Below are positions 12,001 through 22,860 of a stretch of DNA of 64,000 bases, piece by piece (positions within the stretch are counted from its first letter, which is position 1; each line of letters begins with the position of its first letter). A program made the position numbers and the translations under genes. This DNA comes from Azolla caroliniana (taxonomy: Eukaryota > Plantae > Polypodiophyta), in NCBI GenBank assembly GCA_043228905.1, contig JBHGNT010000005.1, positions 16,492,001 to 16,556,000 on the forward strand, given 5' to 3'. A model generated the notes under the pieces. The model saw only the letters and a list, made by a program, of their open reading frames with translations, ran no database searches and had not been told where the DNA came from.

Positions 12001-15000
12001 ATGGCAGGGGCTCGTTAACAATACAAATAAAGGTTCAGAAAGGTTTTTATGTCTTCCCGATACCTGTTAGATGTAGCAAATAACAATTCAATCTATTTGG
12101 GATTATGCCTATAGAGACTGAACTTTTTTCAAGTAAATCACACTCCTTCATATACTGCGGGAGTCCATTGATGAAATGGAATGAGAGAGAGCTTAAAAGC
12201 CATCCCCACCCCATCAACTATTTTATTGGGCTGAATCTCTCCACCAAAGAGGCTGTACGATAAGGAAAACCCATACAGTAGCAAAGATGAATTTCATAAT
12301 CGCTTCATTCGATCTGACATCTCTCTTCCAGGATTAATCACTTAATCCTTCAATCAGGCTTGGTAAAAACAAGTCTAATCTGACAATCTTGATTGGATGA
12401 TCAAAGGCCTGTTCAAATCCTTTTTTTCTTTTTTGAGGTTTCTTTTTATTAAAGCTCCTTTAAAGAATAGATATGGTTATAAAAAACTAATCATCACAGA
12501 GGTTTCTCAAAAGAGTTGGTAACTGAACTCTGGCGACTTTACGTAGGGCAGAGTTAGGTTTTTTTGGTGTCGTTGGGGAATAGTTGACCAATGAGTCAGT
12601 TTCAATGTCCCTATACAGAACCAACTCATACGTGAGATTCCCAACTCATACAACTCCACATCATTCAATTACTCTTAAGAGAACGAGTATAAAATTACTT
12701 TCAGCTGTTCTCAGCTACGAAAGAATTCACAAAACACTTACAATGATTTCAACTCTTTTTCAATCTTTTTCTATAGCACGGATAGATAAATGAAAAACCT
12801 ATCAGATTTATGAATAATTTGCTAATGAGTTTTAATAGAATTGGTGTGATTTGTATCACAAGCACATCATGTATATGCTCAATTGTTTTTTCAGTCCAAT
12901 GCACATCTCAATTACTCTGTTATCATGGCATTCAAATAATCATCTATGCCTTCTCTCTGATTCTCCATCAATTTTTCTACAGCTCTTAAATGTATTTTTA
13001 CTGAAAAAAACTTGGGAGCTAAACAAAATCTCTATAACAGATGCTTCAGACATAAGCAATCTAGTCAAATCACATGTAAGAATATATTAATATGTAACAA
13101 TTATGAAGACTTGCCTTTGGTGAAGATTCGTCTTTCCCCCTCATAATATCAACCAAAGCATAACCTTCCATGCCATAGAGCCTGTATGCTTCTTTCTTGG
13201 ATGGTATTGTTACCTTGATCATGGAAATTGATAGCCTTGAATGTTAACTACAACATTTACCATGTGAAACATGAAGAAATATTAACCTTTTCAATATCCT
13301 CAGATAGTTTCATGCGTGGCTGATTGTTGATCTCGACAAGTTTGTAAACACAACCAAGCGCTGGCTGTTTTGAGCAGGTGACTAAATGAGTCCCAATTCC
13401 AAACGCATCAATCTCATGGCCCTGTTTTGGTAGTGTCAGCTGCTCAGTCACTGATAGACACAGCAAATCATTGAACAAGCAACACACAAACCAGAATATT
13501 GAAAAGAATCAATCAATTCCATTGATTTCTCTATAGATAATGTTGTAATAATCAAGCAGCAAATGTTTTATGTTAAAAGAATAGCCTATTCACAAACTGC
13601 ATTTTGATAGGCTGAAGATTAAGTTCACCTGTTTATTCAATGCCTCAATTGTCTCTTCATTTAGGTCATTGCTTGCTATAATCATAACATGTGTGAAGCC
13701 TACAGCTCCAAATTCCTTCTCCACAATCATGAAGATTTTACGTGTTTCTTTAGAGAGGTATGCCAGATCCCCAGAGTCCAATCTGATGCCTAACGCCCTA
13801 TATCTGTTTTCCGGAGGGGAAGGGGAGTTTATAATTTAATCTTCCAAATTCAATAAAGAGTTGTTAAAGAAAACTCTGTAAAAAAATTGGAAAGCGGAGC
13901 TATGAAACAGAAAGGCATGTGGTTAAACTAGAAAAACTATTTTACTATTGGCATGAATTACATGGGTTCTTCTAGTGCAGTATGATTCTAGATCAAAAGT
14001 GACAATGGTTTAACCACATAAAAGCCAAAAACTATTACAAGCTTTCCTCTGCATTTTATGTTGGAAAAGTTTACCCAAGTTCATTTAATGCAAGTGCAAC
14101 AGCGCAAAAGTTTGGAACTCCACTCCGCAGAACCTGGAAGAAAAACAAATTGTGCCTAGTGTTATTTTAGCCTAAAATATGCCGGAACTGATGCTCTAAA
14201 GCTCAATGATATTAACATACAATTGTCAAACTCCCAACGAAGTTGGTCACCTATACTATCGACTGCGCATTAACCTAAAGTATCATATGCGTGTGTGTAC
14301 ACATACAAGCATCATCATAATAATTAGAAAGCTCAAAACATTTCATAGGCATTCCGCTTTGTAGTTTTGACAAACAATATATTGGTTGGAGACTTTGATG
14401 ATATGATTATCTATGCTGTCAGTAATACATATATGATTATAATATATATAGATAGATATAGACACATAATAACAATTCAAAAGTTTGGGCTTATATAAAT
14501 TGACTTCACTTTGGGTGACTCTTTATTCAAAAAAATTCATATGCATTTCCATTTGCAGTTTTGACAAATGACAAATTATTGTGAGACTTCACTGATGTGA
14601 TCATCTATAAAGTCCATAATACAAATAGACAATACATATATACATATACACACATATGACATTGTAAGATTAGCATAGTTTGGGATTACAAATTAGATGA
14701 ATATCACCGAGTGAATAGTTTTTTATTGGGTTCTCTCTTAGATAACCTCGGTAACTATTTACCATCACATTGCGAGGTTTCTCTCCTGAGAAAAATCTTC
14801 TTATTCCTCGAGTCTTGCCAGCTTTAATTTGCACGTTCTTGTATACACGTTAATATCTAGTGTCCTTAATGTAAATACAGGAAAATTCCTTACCCCCGCC
14901 AATAAAAACAAGTTTCCTTGTATAATTGGTGAAATTACAATTCTTAAAGTTTTCCATAGTTTTTGCCACCAAGCATATAATTATAACCAATGAGAAATTC

Positions 15001-18000
15001 CTAATTCTTTCACAATGTTGAGCCATTAATATGAACTCATGGCGGAAACAATGCACACTTGTCGCCTTCAAAAACTTACATCATAGGTGTCTACCAGGGC
15101 CTGGAACTCAGTTGGAAAAGCTAGTGCATACGAAGAAAAAGCTGCCAGCTCACTATGATTAGGATCTGAAAACATGCCCTGAAAAGATTGTATTTCCTGG
15201 AATGGCAGAACATTTCAGAAACATCTACATTCTCAATCTCATACCTTGCAAACGAGAGTCCTCACTAACAAACTTTTTATTACCTGCAACTTGCCCAACC
15301 ATCGCTCAGCTAAACTTACAAAGTCATCACACTTTCGATCTCCGCTGCTGTATAGGAGAGACCTTTCTGTTATTTCATTAACACCCTACGAGAGTCATAG
15401 AAAGGTATTATTTGCATAAAAACTGCTACTACAATATTTAGATTAATTTTTTATATTGAAAGATTTACCATAAATGAGCTCACAAAAGCATGAGAATGAG
15501 TTCCACGAACTGGTATACCAAATCTCTTACTTGCATCAACATTACTGAAAGTGAAATTACAACTCCATATATTTAAAACTTATTGAATAGATTTTCCCAC
15601 ATAGTAGGAAAACATTGATGTACCAAATAATGGCAGTGTCAAGTTTTATGTCAAGTTTAAATCTGCAATCATGCAAGGGTAATAAGACACGTCGTAGGAA
15701 AACATTATTGTACCAAATAATGGCAATGTCAAATTTAAATCTGCAATCGCACAAGGATAATCAATACACATCTTAGAAAAACATAGGTGTAGCAAATAAT
15801 GGCAATGACAATTTTAAAGCTGCAATAACACAAGGATAATCAAGACATATCTTAGGAAAACATTGGTGTAACAAATAATGGTAGTGTCAAGTTTACAGCT
15901 GCAATCACACAAGAAAAAATAAAGACACGTCGTCAGAAAAAATTGGTGTACAAAATAATGGCAATATCAAGTTTAAAGCTGCAATTGCACAAGGATAATC
16001 AAGATTGCATGACCACACTCCTTTAGAATACAACCTTAAATCCTACTTTGTTGCAAGTTTTGTACGTTCAGTGAAGAGGCACTATACACAAAATCAGCAA
16101 TCAACTTGCGACCTTAGTTGGATCACAAAACCCCAATCAATAAAAAGGCGAAAGAATTAAAAAACTGACCAGACAAAGCAAAAAAAAGGAAGAAGAAAAA
16201 TGGCAATCTGAACTTAAAAAATAAGGTTAAAGAAGTAATAAACAGATCATCGAAATAGAAAGGGAAAAGGAATGCCAAAAAGAGAATTTGAAACAACAAT
16301 AAAATAAAACAAAATCATAAAGCACACTAACTATCAGAGCAGTAACTAATCTACAACTCAAATGACTAATTCAAGAAGAGGATAATCATTGACTTCATTA
16401 TGCATAACTAATTAGCTCCCAAAAAATGAAATTTATATTGCAAATGGGTGTTTGCAGGCATGCACATGTTGAACTGTCCTACAGGGCTTGACTCATATAT
16501 GATCAGAAATGTTTTCTATGCAAGTGTTACTGGAAACTCAAATCCCAAGTACCTTCCATTTTATCTACTTGCCATGGGGAATAATGTTTTATCCAGTACA
16601 TTAGTATCACAACAAACAAATCACCCCATCTTACTGTTACTTCATGACTACTATAGTGACCATACTCCATCACATGGACTGTAGTGTCTGTTCATAGAAG
16701 AAACTCTTGAGACAAAGAAGCTCTCCTCCTCGAGATATTAAGTGTATAGTGGAGGATTCCTAACAAAGAAGATATCACATCTTCTGATTGCAAACGGAAT
16801 CGTTGGTTCCTGATGAGAAGGATTTAGCTCAATGGCATTGATTTGGTTTCATCACATCATACTTTTGCAAAAGTATAATGGGAATCTGGCGTCTAAAGAG
16901 ATATTTCGACATTGTTTTCAATACCCTAAAAGTTTGGAAACACAATTCTCATAAAAGAGAAAGAAACTTTTGGTCATGTATTAATGGTTCACAGATTGTT
17001 CATGATGATAAATCCAGATAGATCCAAACAAAAAAAGGAGCATAAATGTACTTTATGAAACAAACTTACATGATATTGACAAATGCATGTTATGAAAGTA
17101 ATGAGATTCAAACTAAATTTCTCATAAAAGAGTTCACCTTGTGGCATCAAACCCTCCCATATAACAATATTTGGAAGCACTTATACCTCCATCTGGGCCC
17201 TTTATTCAATAAGATTTATTAGCCAACAAAAAAGGCCCAAATGAATCGAAAGTACAATATTTATGATTATACCTGAGCCCGTCTTAATCCAAATTCAATA
17301 AGGAATTTGTTGTTTCCAGCTACTTGTCGATGTCTTGCAGCATTTGTTGTGACCAAAGACGCAAAATTTACAAGGTTCAGAAATACAGTCTCTAACAATT
17401 GTACGATCTACACAGACGATGACTCCAGCTATTCATAATTATCAAAATTTTCAAACACACAGAATGTAGCTAGCAAGCACACCAGTAGTGGTCCCTCCAC
17501 CCTCATTACAGGAATCCTTGGGAAAATAACTGAACCTTCAGGTATAGCATGTATTTCTACGTCCGAGCAATCTATTGATTTCAAATACCCAAAGAAAGAT
17601 TTCTGAAACTCAAAATTGAGGGAAATATTTTAGATTGTGTATTCTTAGATATTGTGCACCTAAGCATTAATATATGAAGCATACCTCACATGATGGCATG
17701 ATTGTCTGTAGAAAATCTATCTCTGAGTCTTCAAAATGGAAAGTAGCCACGAAACGAATACATTCTTCCAGGCCTGCAAATATAGTGTATTCACCACCAA
17801 ACGGATTCTTTCGGTGCAAGAGATCAAACCTGATAAAAAACATTCCAACTTATTTTATAATACAGAATAACACACAAACACAAATAGATGGATATATATA
17901 CATATATATGTATATATTGAATCTAGATGGAGAAGAAAGAAAGAAAGATATATTAACGTCTTTTAAGAGGCCAAAATGGCCTATAAGACCAAATAAGAGA

Positions 18001-19483
18001 TTACATCTTGAGTGGTTTCTCGTCTTTGAGAACAAATCAAAATAAAATAAAAAGAGAGAGAGAGAGAGAGAAACATTTACAAATTCCATTTAGGAAACAG
18101 TAAATCAGATCAGATTCAAAAATAAAAAGAGCCCAAACATTGTAACATGGAAAGTGTATTACAAGAGAATGTACCCAAGACAATAACTCCGAAGTTTTAG
18201 GAAACATTGACACCCATTACAATCTACTGTATTTATTGCATGGAATAGATGCTACCTTTCATCAGTCATATTGTTGGTTGGTTGGTTGGTTGCAAGCACC
18301 ATGTGCATGAGTTTTAGTATTCTTAATGAGAATGGGAAAAATCATGAAAAGAAATTTCATTGCATCATCATACACTAGCTCTACATATATTGTTTCAAAT
18401 AATATATCTCAAAAGTCCAACATCTAAAGTGGGCTAAAATAGGGTGTCTAAAACTGATGAAACTCAATTGCCCAAAGTGGTTGATATAAATAACATCTCA
18501 AAAGTTATGCAAAATTGGGAAGTACACTCAAGGCTCGTTAGATGTATACAACAGTGGGAAAGAAGAAAAATGTGATTCAAAACAGCTAACCAACTACAAA
18601 AATTTGGACTTTAACATCTAATATTCTACTACTGATATCCATTTTAGAAGTAGGGGATAATGCTGGAAATATGTACACATATATGTTGCTTCACAATACA
18701 TGGTGAAATATTTCAGCACATGAGAATGTTCATGATCGCAATGCACGTTACATATATTCATTATTTCTTGACTATGTAATTTTTCTTACATGTACATGTG
18801 GAGCATTGGGTCTGATGTTTGATTACTCCACCATCAGAAATTACGGTGTTTTGATTTCTCCATATCATATTCTCTTCAGAATTTAAGTTGGATTGTTGGG
18901 TCGGGTCGGATGTTTGATTACTCCATCTGATATCTTTTCAGCGTTTAAGGTGGAGTTTAAAGGAAACAACAAACATTAAAACAAGTAGGTTCTGCAGTGT
19001 TATTTCAGTACAGCTGATTTATAAGAAAACAAAATAAGCAACAAAGAGAAAGGAACATTTATTTTTGTTAAAATTCATGAGCTTACCAGTGAGGAACATT
19101 TGTATGGGAACAAAATCTGATAAGGAATACACTTTTCTTCTATCAAATTCCTATAAATTTGTGATATCTTCTGGCATCTCCCCCTCATTCAATAAAATGC
19201 CTATAGGATTTTCTGAACTTGCTGGTTCCCAAATTATTATATATGATGCTTCCTGACTGGCTTATTCAAAGTGCAGAGAGGGAATAGATGCAGAATTCAT
19301 GAGCCAATTGACGAGGAAAAACATGGCCAATTACTACTAAAGAGAATGACTGTGATCGGGTGAAAGCCAAAAGAAGCAAATAGAACAAGGACCTATTCAC
19401 CTAATTCTTCAAAGTCAAGACGAAAACAAGAAATCAGAGAAAATAGAAAGTTCCTTATTACACAAGAGTGATGGGAATAAAAG

Positions 19484-19515
<32 letters not shown>

Positions 19516-19685
19516 ACGGCGTGGTCGAGGTGCTTCCCTGATTTCCAGTAAGCGTAGGCCATGGTGAACTGGTAGAGGTCTGTGAGGAGGGGCGTGACCA
19601 TGGGGTTCGATGGGGAGTCCACGTGATCGGAAGCAGGAGGAGGAGGAGGGGGAGAAGAAGAAGAAGAAGCTTCCATGGCCACCAT
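9038..19685 (-). CDS. NAPRT: Nicotinate phosphoribosyltransferase (NAD salvage, Preiss-Handler pathway), 15 exons, 564 aa
   Basis: Hand-spliced exons in plus coordinates: 19516-19685, 17685-17829, 17483-17602, 17273-17407, 17138-17199, 15469-15544, 15284-15385, 15080-15196, 14075-14133, 13629-13803, 13287-13421, 13115-13213, 9462-9570, 9270-9382, 9038-9115. Total 1695 nt, in frame. Motifs [70 protein letters not shown]. The start could instead be the ATG at 19676. Confidence 0.95.
10940..11373 (-). pseudogene. trnI-GAU: Plastid trnI-GAU pseudogene: 5' exon (11337-11373) plus truncated group II intron
   Basis: Minus strand reads GGTCATTAACTCAGTTGGTTGAGCACGCCCCTGATAA|TTGCGCCGTTGCACCTGGGCTGTGAAGGC...CATCGGCGCCTGACCC...GCGTACTCC...CTATCTCTCGAGCAC. 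This matches the land-plant plastid trnI-GAU exon and intron as I recall them. No 3' exon found. Confidence 0.88.
12144..12327 (-). pseudogene. ndhB: Plastid ndhB exon 1 fragment with internal deletions, followed by the start of its intron
   Basis: Translates in pieces as [12 protein letters not shown] / [18 protein letters not shown] / [18 protein letters not shown], then GTGTG at the conserved ndhB intron position. Confidence 0.85.
12518..12660 (-). pseudogene. rps12: Plastid 3'-rps12 exon 2 fragment with upstream group II intron domains V/VI
   Basis: [18 protein letters not shown] at ~12520-12573, preceded by a degenerate domain V (GAGTTGTATGAGTTGGGAATCTCACGTATG..GGTTC). Confidence 0.85.
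15600..16005. repeat. Intronic minisatellite, ~5 copies of an ~80-bp unit
   Basis: Recurrent aggaaaacattggtgtaccaaataatggcaatgtcaagtttaaagctgcaatcacacaaggataatcaagacac, starting near 15606, 15696, 15774, 15854 and 15935. Confidence 0.88.
17931..18050 (-). mobile_element. Short 3'-end copy of an RTEX-like LINE (or a SINE sharing its tail) in NAPRT intron 1
   Basis: (AAAG)n tail plus gatatattaacgtcttttaagaggccaaaatggcctataagacc, the same block found at the 3' end of the LINE at 37981. Confidence 0.8.
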
Positions 19686-19718
19686 CACGGGGTGAGAGGG
19701 GTGGGATAACAATCAGAG

Positions 19719-19768
<50 letters not shown>

Positions 19769-19958
19769 CAGCGAGCGATGGAGACGAAAGGAGACGGTGA
19801 GGTGTACTACAGACGCAGAGACGGAGACGGAGACGAATAGACAGACAAAGACATGTATGTATGTTAATGTAATAATGTATGTATTGTATGTACTTGTAGC
19901 TGCTTATGCTATAAATGGCAGGCGGCTCACTAAGAAGAAGAAGAAGAAGAAGAAGAGA

Positions 19959-20145
19959 ATGACACAATGTACTTACTGACGTGTGTCTATTTGCACCTAA
20001 ATCATGACAGAAGGTTGGCGACAGAATTGCGAGCACATAGACAGATAGACAAACAGAATCATGACACAATGTACTTAGTGACGTGTGTCTATTTGCACCT
20101 AAATCATGACAGAGGGTTGGCGACAGAATTGCGAGCACATAGATA
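19959..20145. repeat. Two-copy 102-bp tandem duplication upstream of NAPRT, each copy with a TGACGTGT bZIP/ABRE-like core
   Basis: Near-identical units start at 19959 and 20061. Confidence 0.8.
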
Positions 20146-20349
20146 GAGAGTGCAGGTCGCTCAACTTAGCTGAGGGTGCGTGTGATCTACACCGTCCGAT
20201 CTGGATCAAAACGAAACGCGTGAATAAACCTGACTACTTGTGAGTCGCCCAACTATCACCAGCTCGGTCGCCTAACCAAATATAGTCACCCAACCCCAAG
20301 TGTATATGTATATCTCTATGATCTATCATTAGTATCTCTTGTTTCTGTC

Positions 20350-21250
20350 TCTGTCTATGTGGCAATATCCCGCCTCACCCACAATATGCATTGTGACAAT
20401 ATTAGTTTCATACCTTTCGAGTATCCTCTCAACCTCTTTAAGTCTTGACCTTTGATCCCTACAATCTGCTCAGGATGCAAATCTATCACTCTCACATATT
20501 TCTTGTCGTTGCTTGTACCATTCAACAACGGTCCCTCCAATGCAAGTGTCAATTTCACTGTTCCTGATTAAGACATGCACAAGGTTGGTATTTGATTAGT
20601 TTATTCTTCCTCGCAAGGCAGTATATTTGATAAACTACCAATGTCTCTCCACAATATTGATCAGTAGTGTCAACATGTTCTTAGTTGAACTTTCTACCAA
20701 ACCTGGGCCACAGTTTCCTCCACACACATGTCAAACCACACCATCCTCCTTCTATATATTGCCAAACACCGAGCTTGTTTGCATATTCTACTTTTAACTC
20801 CTCACACATCACATTTTAAGATATAATATCTTGAGGAATTATATAGATTTGCATATTCTACTTTTAACTCCCCACACATCCCATTGAATGCAGATTCCAT
20901 AATGCATTGCATGAGTTGGCACATTCGGTGATAAAGATGGTTTTTCTCAGTTGCACTTACTTTTGGCAACAAGTTGTATGTCCACTCATGATTTTTTGGT
21001 GTGGAAGTGACACAACAAAAGTCCACAACATGTTTGCGATCGTTGCCCATTTACAACTATCCAAGATCGACGATCTGTTGCAACCACATTACTCATGGCA
21101 TTATATGACGTTGAACATTTAAAGATATAAGCCACCTTACCAAGTTTTGAGAGTGCATAGGCATCTTGCATCATCAAAGACCAATCAACCTATGACATGG
21201 CACTCCCAAATTTTAACCTTCTTGCCATGTTATGGACTTCATTTGTGAAA
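20350..21250 (-). mobile_element. Degenerate Mutator-like (MULE) transposase remnant
   Basis: Frameshifted LLCHFHTKK..WTYNLLPKV resembles the MULE CxxH motif (LLCxWHVxKAWxxNL). Multiple stops. Confidence 0.5.
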
Positions 21251-21257
21251 AAAGATA

Positions 21258-21691
21258 TGTGCGGAAGCATTATGCGAAACACATAGTACAAAGTCAGCTA
21301 TCCGAAAACAAAACAGATAGGTAAACACAGAGGTAGAGTGGGAGAGACAGAGTGAGTAGACAATAATCTCTATCACTAAAAAATAACTCTATACGCAAAA
21401 TGTGATGATAGAGCACTTTTTATACAAGCTATGACATTGGGCTTACAAGTACTTGAATGTATTGAGAATCGACCTGCCACAACCGGTTGTCACGTGTGCT
21501 TAAGTGGGTGCAGAAAAATCAAGAATGACAGAAAACAGACAAGACAGAAACCACAAGTCCAGAGACACACGCTTTAACATGGAAAATATGAAAAGGGAAA
21601 AAACCACGGGGAGTCCACAAACTCAGAACATAATCACTAAGAAGCTTCGAGGCAACGACCTTGAAGCTCTTCTTCGTCATAGAGAGAGACA

Positions 21692-21728
<37 letters not shown>

Positions 21729-22214
21729 GTTACAGTGGCAACAACCAACTACAGCTTGTTCAACAAGAATAATAATGATTCACCCCTCATATAACTACTT
21801 GCCCTAACTATATTTATACTCATACACTATATGAGCTATTTACAAATATAGCCCACTAAGGGCACATTGAGGCTATTTACAAATCTATCCTCGACTCGGC
21901 TTTGGCCAACTCGGCTACTAGCCAAATTGATGATTCAATTTGTCAATTTTTTGGTCAATTGATTTTCGGCCTCCGCCGAGTTACCCATTGAGTCCATCCG
22001 ATTCGACTCTTGCTCTTCCCATCTGGAGGGACTAGCTTTCCCAACATAATGCTCATAATTGAGCATTTCACACTGACTCCCAAAAATATTTTCCTATTAC
22101 TATGGCTAGGAATATCGGTCCTAACGGCCTGCCGACTCCCCATCGATCCGATCTGACTCTTGACTTCTTTAGCCGATCCGGCCCATGTGGAGCTTGTCAC
22201 TCAACACTCCCCCT
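21258..22214 (-). mobile_element. Copia 3' LTR (ends 22206, PPT 22207-22214) interrupted by a Tork-family LTR
   Basis: TGTGCGGAAGC start and ..gagcttgtcactcaaca end, followed by ctccccct. Same family as the LTR at 60630-61196. Confidence 0.7.
21488..22046 (-). mobile_element. Isolated Tork-family LTR
   Basis: TG..CA ends and shared blocks (aaaaccacggg, ggcaacgacct, gccctaactatatttatac, gctatttacaaatatagcc, ggagggac..cccaaca) with the LTRs at 969 and 47990. No TSD (ccggt/taatg). Confidence 0.75.
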
Positions 22215-22256
22215 CAAGCTCAACTTAATCGTGGGAGAATCACTAACATAAACAGT

Positions 22257-22860
22257 TGTCATAACTGTCGATGTAACTGATCCTCCTTTAGTTATAAAAG
22301 GAGGGGAGGAAGACGGTTTTAGGGATCCATCATTTTGGGAGGGGAAGGTGTTGTCGGTTTGAGGAGTCAGTCAGTTTTCTATTTTGTGCTAATTCGGATA
22401 GCTTGGGTGAGGCCTCTATTCGCGTAGGAAGCCCGTGTGGTCCCGACCAGGGACTCACTAGTTTGTGTTTGAAGAGCTCAAAGCTCCGTCTCCGGCCTGA
22501 GGCCGCTTGTATTCTTTTTGTCTTTGATTTACTAGTTGATTATTTGGCACTCCTATATAAGGTCTCTCTATGTGTGTTGCCTTAACATCTACATCTCTGT
22601 GTTTGTGTTCAGGAAGGTGTCACTTCTCCCCTCCCTTGCCATGCGTTCATCCGTGGCGATTTAGAGCCCGTGTGCTCATCTTCCGGAATCCAGTGTCTGA
22701 ATTGGATCGGATACAGGACCTCTGAGCCTGTGTGCTCAATAAAGCACTCCGACAGTCGAGCCGAACAGGACACTGCAAGCGTAGTGGCCGCTCATTCTCA
22801 ACTTCCATGGTCATCTACATATAAGATAACCTCGAATGACCAGATCATCTACGTATAAGA
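22257..22860 (+). mobile_element. Possible LTR plus leader fragment of another retroelement (gypsy-like)
   Basis: TGTCATAAC start, TATA-like gttataaaag, and PBS-like tggcgatttagagcc at ~22654. Confidence 0.4.

Larger units (their letters stand above)
10940..12660 (-). pseudogene. Plastid-derived insertion (NUPT mosaic) in NAPRT intron 12
   Basis: Contains recognisable pieces of the trnI-GAU 5' exon and its group II intron, the rrn16-trnI spacer, ndhB exon 1, and 3'-rps12 exon 2 with intron domains V/VI. Outer boundaries are approximate. Confidence 0.88.

Noticed and set aside
15600-16005. CRISPR-like array
   Set aside because: The whole unit is repeated with drift, there are no distinct spacers or cas genes, and it sits in a eukaryotic intron.
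19713-20138. 141-aa ORF upstream of NAPRT
   Set aside because: It is built from a tandem duplication and microsatellites and has no protein features.
21488-22046. Clean solo LTR formed by intra-element recombination
   Set aside because: The flanks (ccggt/taatg) do not form a TSD, so it is called only an isolated LTR.
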